A DNA stretch of 21,890 nt, taken from the NCBI GenBank assembly GCA_029858565.1, contig JAOUEV010000055.1, forward strand, positions 1 to 21,890, read 5' to 3'. The notes below the pieces were generated by a model, which saw nothing but the letters and a program-made list of their open reading frames with translations, was not told where the DNA came from and made no database searches. The translations under genes and the position numbers were made by a program. Source of the DNA: Nitrospirota bacterium. Lineage in GTDB: Bacteria > Nitrospirota > UBA9217. Positions 17,679-21,890 of this stretch are shown piece by piece (the stretch's first letter is position 1; the number at the start of each line of letters is the position of its first letter).

Positions 17679-17708
17679 ATTCAGGCGGGGCTCAGGCCCC
17701 GCCTGAAT
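17679..17708 (+). other. Intergenic GC-rich hairpin without U tract
   Basis: ATTCAGGCGGGGC-TCAG-GCCCCGCCTGAAT, perfect 13-bp stem. Confidence 0.75.
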
Positions 17709-17746
17709 ATTCTATGCCTCAGCAGTGGACGCACACGGAGATATTC

Positions 17747-18772
17747 ATGGCACGCAAGTATCGGAAATATATTTATAGCTTTTTTTTTGCCTCCATAGTG
17801 CTATTTTCTGCAAAATCGTCGTTTGCCGCCGGTCTCTGCTGTCAGCTTTCGAGCGGCGTGCAGGAAAGTCTTTCGGGCGTAGCTGCCCCTGCTTCCGAGG
17901 AACTTTCCGTACAATTCACTTACAGTTTCACCCGCATGGATAAGGTGATGCAAGGAACGTCTGTCACATCGTTGGATGAAGCGAGCTCGTCGACAAACTA
18001 TACTTCACTACCCGTAAGCATGGACATGATCAAGCACACTTTTACCGCGGGATATGGTTTTTCGCCTAAGTTCAAAGGATTTGTTTCCCTGCCCTACCTC
18101 CGGAACACCATGAACATGACCATGAGCAATGGCGTGGGCCTGGGGTGGATGGATATGACCATGGAGCCGATCTCCGCTCCGGGAGACGCGACCGTCATGG
18201 GCCTCTACCGGATCTACACGGACCGAGAGATACGACCGAACAAGGCGCTCACCGCGGGAATCGGCATCAAAACGGCTACCGGCTCTTCAACGAAAACAAC
18301 ATCAAGCGGGAAATACGTCCATGCCCATATGCAGCCGGGCACCGGCTCCTGGGACCCTCTTGTTTCCCTGCTTTACACACAGATGATGAATCCTTTCCTG
18401 GTACAGGCGGACATGACCCATCAGTTTGCCACCAGGAACCGCCAAGGCTACGAGTTCGGCGATTCTACCGCGATCAATCTTGGTACGACCTATGCCGTGG
18501 CGCGGGAGTTTAACGTAAGCGCCGGCCTGACCTATCTCCATGTGGCTGGAGCAGATGACCGGGACGGTAAATATACGAACCTCAACAGTCTCATGGACGA
18601 CCCCGCGAACACCGGAGGTGACAGTCTGTGGCTTTCTCCGGGAATTCAGGTGTTACCAATAAAGAATGCCATGATGGACGTGAAAGTGCAGCTCCCGGTC
18701 TGGGAAAACGTGAACGGCATACAACTGGTGACCCGCTACCGGGTGGTCATCGGCATGGCATACCGATTTTAA
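17747..18772 (+). CDS. Outer-membrane beta-barrel, MetA-pathway-of-phenol-degradation / 'transporter'-like family
   Basis: Sec signal ending SFA, alternating amphipathic strands, QPGTGSWD motif, C-terminal beta-signal AYRF; GGAG before ATG 17747. Confidence 0.8.
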   Translation: MARKYRKYIYSFFFASIVLFSAKSSFAAGLCCQLSSGVQESLSGVAAPASEELSVQFTYSFTRMDKVMQGTSVTSLDEASSSTNYTSLPVSMDMIKHTFTAGYGFSPKFKGFVSLPYLRNTMNMTMSNGVGLGWMDMTMEPISAPGDATVMGLYRIYTDREIRPNKALTAGIGIKTATGSSTKTTSSGKYVHAHMQPGTGSWDPLVSLLYTQMMNPFLVQADMTHQFATRNRQGYEFGDSTAINLGTTYAVAREFNVSAGLTYLHVAGADDRDGKYTNLNSLMDDPANTGGDSLWLSPGIQVLPIKNAMMDVKVQLPVWENVNGIQLVTRYRVVIGMAYRF

Positions 18773-18815
18773 GTAAGAAATTGAAATTGCTTATTTTGAA
18801 AGGAGTAAGAAAAAC

Positions 18816-20213
18816 ATGGGCAAGCGGTTGATGTTACTGGCACTCGCCGTCACGGCCATCGGCATGGCGGCAATGGGCTGCAGCAGCAACAGCAGCGGTG
18901 TTTCAGGTCCTTCGGTAAATCTCGTGGGCAGCAAACAGGGGCAGGCTGTGGGATTCGCGGACGTTGACGGCGACGGCATCGAGGACAAGATCGTGGGCGC
19001 GCCCTATGCGGCATCCCCATCCGCCACGGGCGCGGCGCTTGTGTACACCGGTACGACCTCGTCAGGGTACGGCACGACCAACTCTGCCCTGCTCCAGGGC
19101 GGAGACGACAACTTCGGATGGGCCTTTGTGAACATGGGCGATGTGGATGGAGACGGAATAGCTGATTTCGCGATCAGCGCGATCCACGGAAGCGGCGACG
19201 ACCCTGCTGACACCTCCCTCTCCGGCACGGTCACGATCTACAAAGGCGGCGGCAACGGCCGGATCATCAAGAAGATCGGCGGCGACGGTCCCATGGACAA
19301 GTTCGGCTATGCTCTCGCGGCCGGCGACGTGAACGGTGATGGAAAACCCGACCTCGTGGTCAGTGCGCCATTCAACACCAATGATCCCAACTTCTACCAG
19401 AAGGGCGCCGTCTATGGGTATTTCGCGCCGGACTTCGCCAGTCGCATCGCACTTTACTCATCCACATCGAACTCGACGCTTGGTCTCGGCGTTGCCGCAG
19501 GAGACGTGAACGGAGACGGCGTCGCCGATCTGCTCATGTCCTCGAGCGGCAAGGTCCTGGTGTATTTCGGCGGAGCTAATTTCGCGCCGGCGATCGATTC
19601 ACCGGACATCGCCCTGACATCCTCCGCGAGCGGTTTCGGCAAGGCCATTGCCGTGATCGGCGATCTTGACGGCGACGGAAAGCGCGAGATCGCCATTGGC
19701 GCTCCGAATGCAATGATCAACACCTACCGCGATACGGGCAGCGTTTATATCGTCAAAGGATCGGCAGCGGGAGCGGTAAGTCTTAATGCTCCATCTGCGT
19801 CCCTTGTAGTGCGCATCGATGGAGCGGGCTTGTTCAGCAGGTTCGGAGCGTCCGTCACTGCACTGGGAGACGTAGACAACGACGGCAAGCCTGACTTCGC
19901 GGTCGGCGCGCCCATGACCGACGTAACCACATCATCAGGCCAGAACATCCTGAGCGGCAAGGTATATCTCTTCAAGGGAAAAGACATCGCCTCAACAACA
20001 ACCATCGCCAATGCAACGGAATTCGAGGGCCTGGTGAAAAACCAGCAGTTCGGCACGTCCTTGGCAAAAAGCGCGAGCGGCAGCCTCCTCATCGGAGCCC
20101 CCCGTTCGAACATGGATACCGGCGGCGTAATGATGGTCGATCCCGCGACCGGCCAGACGGTAGCGGGCGGAAGCAGCGGCGGCGCGACCGGCGGCACCGG
20201 CGACTGTCATTGA
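18816..20213 (+). CDS. FG-GAP / integrin-alpha-like beta-propeller lipoprotein
   Basis: Lipobox AMGC; seven FG-GAP-type repeats, six with Dx(D/N)(G/N)DG Ca-binding loops; Gly-rich tail ending GDCH. Confidence 0.9.
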   Translation: MGKRLMLLALAVTAIGMAAMGCSSNSSGVSGPSVNLVGSKQGQAVGFADVDGDGIEDKIVGAPYAASPSATGAALVYTGTTSSGYGTTNSALLQGGDDNFGWAFVNMGDVDGDGIADFAISAIHGSGDDPADTSLSGTVTIYKGGGNGRIIKKIGGDGPMDKFGYALAAGDVNGDGKPDLVVSAPFNTNDPNFYQKGAVYGYFAPDFASRIALYSSTSNSTLGLGVAAGDVNGDGVADLLMSSSGKVLVYFGGANFAPAIDSPDIALTSSASGFGKAIAVIGDLDGDGKREIAIGAPNAMINTYRDTGSVYIVKGSAAGAVSLNAPSASLVVRIDGAGLFSRFGASVTALGDVDNDGKPDFAVGAPMTDVTTSSGQNILSGKVYLFKGKDIASTTTIANATEFEGLVKNQQFGTSLAKSASGSLLIGAPRSNMDTGGVMMVDPATGQTVAGGSSGGATGGTGDCH

Positions 20214-20246
20214 TCAAGACATGAAACCAAGGAGGAGTCAATTATC

Positions 20247-21341
20247 ATGAAACGCAAGTTGATCGCAACGGCAATTATCGGGATGCTCAGCATCGCCGTT
20301 TTCGGCATGCTCTACGCGCAGACGGCGAGCTATGATTCATCGAATTTCAACGCCGACGCCCGAAAACTCCAGCCCGCGCCCACGGGCCACACAGTGGGCA
20401 AGGACAGCGGACCCGGCGAAGGCCTGCACAACTCCGGCGAGGATTGCGCCATCTGTCACACCACGAACGGCAAGGCGGGCAACTACGTGTTCACCGTCGG
20501 AGGAACGATCTATGAAGACCGGGCCGCGCGAAGGCCGCTCAAGGGCGCTGAAGTGATCCTGCAGGATTACGCGGGAAACGTGATCAGCATGACCACGAAC
20601 GACGCCGGCAATTTCTGGACCTACGCAGATATCGCGAGCAATCCCTATACCGTCGCCAGCCATAGCGGCGTTACCCATTTACTCTTTACGGTCAACGCCG
20701 ACGGCTCGGTAACTCCTGCAAATCCGTCCGATTCCCGGACCTGGCTGTACAAGGCATGGATCAGAAATCCCGACGGCGCGATCCGACAGATGGTGACCAT
20801 CGCCCCGGTCGGCGGCTCCACGGGGACCGTGCCGCGCATGAGTTGCAACATGCACCACTCCCCCTTTGGCAGCACCGGCGCCGCGTGGGCATCGAGAAAG
20901 AGCTCGCTTGCCGCCTATCCGGCTTCATCGCTCAGCTTCCGCAAACACATTCTGCCCATATTCGTCAGCAAGTGCGCTCCCTGCCATGTTCCCGGGGCAA
21001 AGGCAACCCGGCTCGTGACGATAAGCGACGTGTACACGCAGACTACTTTCACATACGTTTCCCTGGCGAACACCGCGGTAACGTCAATTGATTACAGCAG
21101 CGGCCAGGATTTTACGTCTTATGCGGGATCGGTGTACACGAGCGGCTCGACGACCGTGACCAAACAGGGCATCAAGGATTTCGTCAATACATCAAGTCCT
21201 GATGAAAGCCCCCTCCTGACGAAAGCAATCGTCCAGGAACCGGGGACGACCATTCATGCAGGTGGTTCTTTCTGGAAGACTGAAGACAACGATTACAAAG
21301 CAATCAGACAGTGGATCGCGGAAGGCGCACAGAATAATTAA
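20247..21341 (+). CDS. Exported c-type cytochrome (2 CxxCH + 1 CxxHH) with a carboxypeptidase-regulatory-like beta domain
   Basis: Sec signal; HNSGEDCAICH, VGGTIYE...LKGAEVIL...TTNDAGNF, SCNMHH, ILPIFVSKCAPCH...AIRQWIAEGA (planctomycete cytochrome C-like); AGGAGG RBS. Confidence 0.85.
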   Translation: MKRKLIATAIIGMLSIAVFGMLYAQTASYDSSNFNADARKLQPAPTGHTVGKDSGPGEGLHNSGEDCAICHTTNGKAGNYVFTVGGTIYEDRAARRPLKGAEVILQDYAGNVISMTTNDAGNFWTYADIASNPYTVASHSGVTHLLFTVNADGSVTPANPSDSRTWLYKAWIRNPDGAIRQMVTIAPVGGSTGTVPRMSCNMHHSPFGSTGAAWASRKSSLAAYPASSLSFRKHILPIFVSKCAPCHVPGAKATRLVTISDVYTQTTFTYVSLANTAVTSIDYSSGQDFTSYAGSVYTSGSTTVTKQGIKDFVNTSSPDESPLLTKAIVQEPGTTIHAGGSFWKTEDNDYKAIRQWIAEGAQNN

Positions 21342-21355
21342 TATCGTGTCATTAT

Positions 21356-21388
21356 CAGCGGGACCGGCTTGCCAAGCCGGTCCCGCTG
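21356..21388. other. 33-nt near-perfect palindrome (intergenic hairpin)
   Basis: CAGCGGGACCGGCTTG-C-CAAGCCGGTCCCGCTG; no U tract on either strand. Confidence 0.8.
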
Positions 21389-21415
21389 CGGTAATATGGT
21401 GCGGGAGTATTTTAC

Positions 21416-21868
21416 ATGAAAAAGACCATAACGCACCGCGTGTTGACCAGCATCCTTCTCCTGAGCGCCTTTGCAACGCTGCTGATCTCCTGCTCGCGCC
21501 AGCCTAAATATGACGCCCCGCCGATCTCAGGGAATGAAATTGTCATTGACATCCCTTCCCTCCCCCTGGAAACACCGCGCTTCTATACCTATCCGGTGAA
21601 GAACAGAAAAGTCTCGTTCTTCCTGCTCAAGCTGAATAACGGCGTTTTTGCCTTCTTCGACGCCTGCGTCAGCTGCTATCCGCAAAAACGCGGTTATGCC
21701 TACAAGGACGGCCGGGTGACCTGCCGGGCCTGCAACATGAGTTTTTCGATCTACAAGCTGGAAAAGGGTCTGGGCGGGTGTTTTCCGATCAAGATCGACG
21801 GCGAGGTCAGGGGAACGAATTATCACATCCCGATTTCCCTCGTTGAGCAGAACGCGGGAAAATTCTGA
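21416..21868 (+). CDS. DUF2318 (FtrD-like) Fe-S-binding lipoprotein
   Basis: Lipobox LISC; FDACVSCY...GY...VTCRACNMSF...GGCFPI. Confidence 0.85.
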   Translation: MKKTITHRVLTSILLLSAFATLLISCSRQPKYDAPPISGNEIVIDIPSLPLETPRFYTYPVKNRKVSFFLLKLNNGVFAFFDACVSCYPQKRGYAYKDGRVTCRACNMSFSIYKLEKGLGGCFPIKIDGEVRGTNYHIPISLVEQNAGKF

Positions 21869-21890
21869 CGTTCAAAGAAACCGGCACATG

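Noticed and set aside
20211-20249. FG-GAP gene TGA is in frame with the downstream cytochrome ATG via 11 sense codons (possible selenocysteine or readthrough fusion)
   Set aside because: The downstream gene has its own AGGAGG RBS and signal peptide, no SECIS-like hairpin is evident after the TGA, and in-frame spacing has a 1-in-3 chance

Overview
Bacterial chromosomal window (diderm, moderately GC-rich; gene content suggests an anaerobic Nitrospirota/Desulfobacterota-like organism, which is inference only). (1) 1-2059 is the end of an integrated mobile element. It carries a phage-type primase gene (minus strand, TTG at 1790, open off the left edge, absent from the ORF track), putative integrase arm repeats, an outward sigma70-type promoter and a 23-nt 3' fragment of a tRNA-Gly (att site) just upstream of an intact tRNA-Cys(GCA). 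(2) 2370-16139 is mostly core genome: dnaE, two hypothetical proteins, a REC-GGDEF / DUF6882-like / REC cluster, a rhomboid/derlin-like membrane protein preceded by an Smr gene remnant, and a minus-strand mobA-tatA-recJ-rel-ridA run. (3) 16290-21868 is the most interesting part, a plus-strand cluster of exported metal/redox proteins. It starts with a leaderless Cys-rich ORF ending in RPP (DUF2946/arrest-peptide-like) and an attenuator-like terminator. These are followed by a Tat-exported split-Soret-type cytochrome c, a Met/His/Cys-rich outer-membrane barrel, a 7-blade FG-GAP lipoprotein with a C-terminal Cys-His tail, a c-type cytochrome with two CxxCH plus one CxxHH motif, and a DUF2318 (FtrD-like) lipoprotein. 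This is a candidate metal-regulated, redox-coupled metal-uptake or electron-transfer system. All family assignments come from motif recognition by eye, not from database searches.
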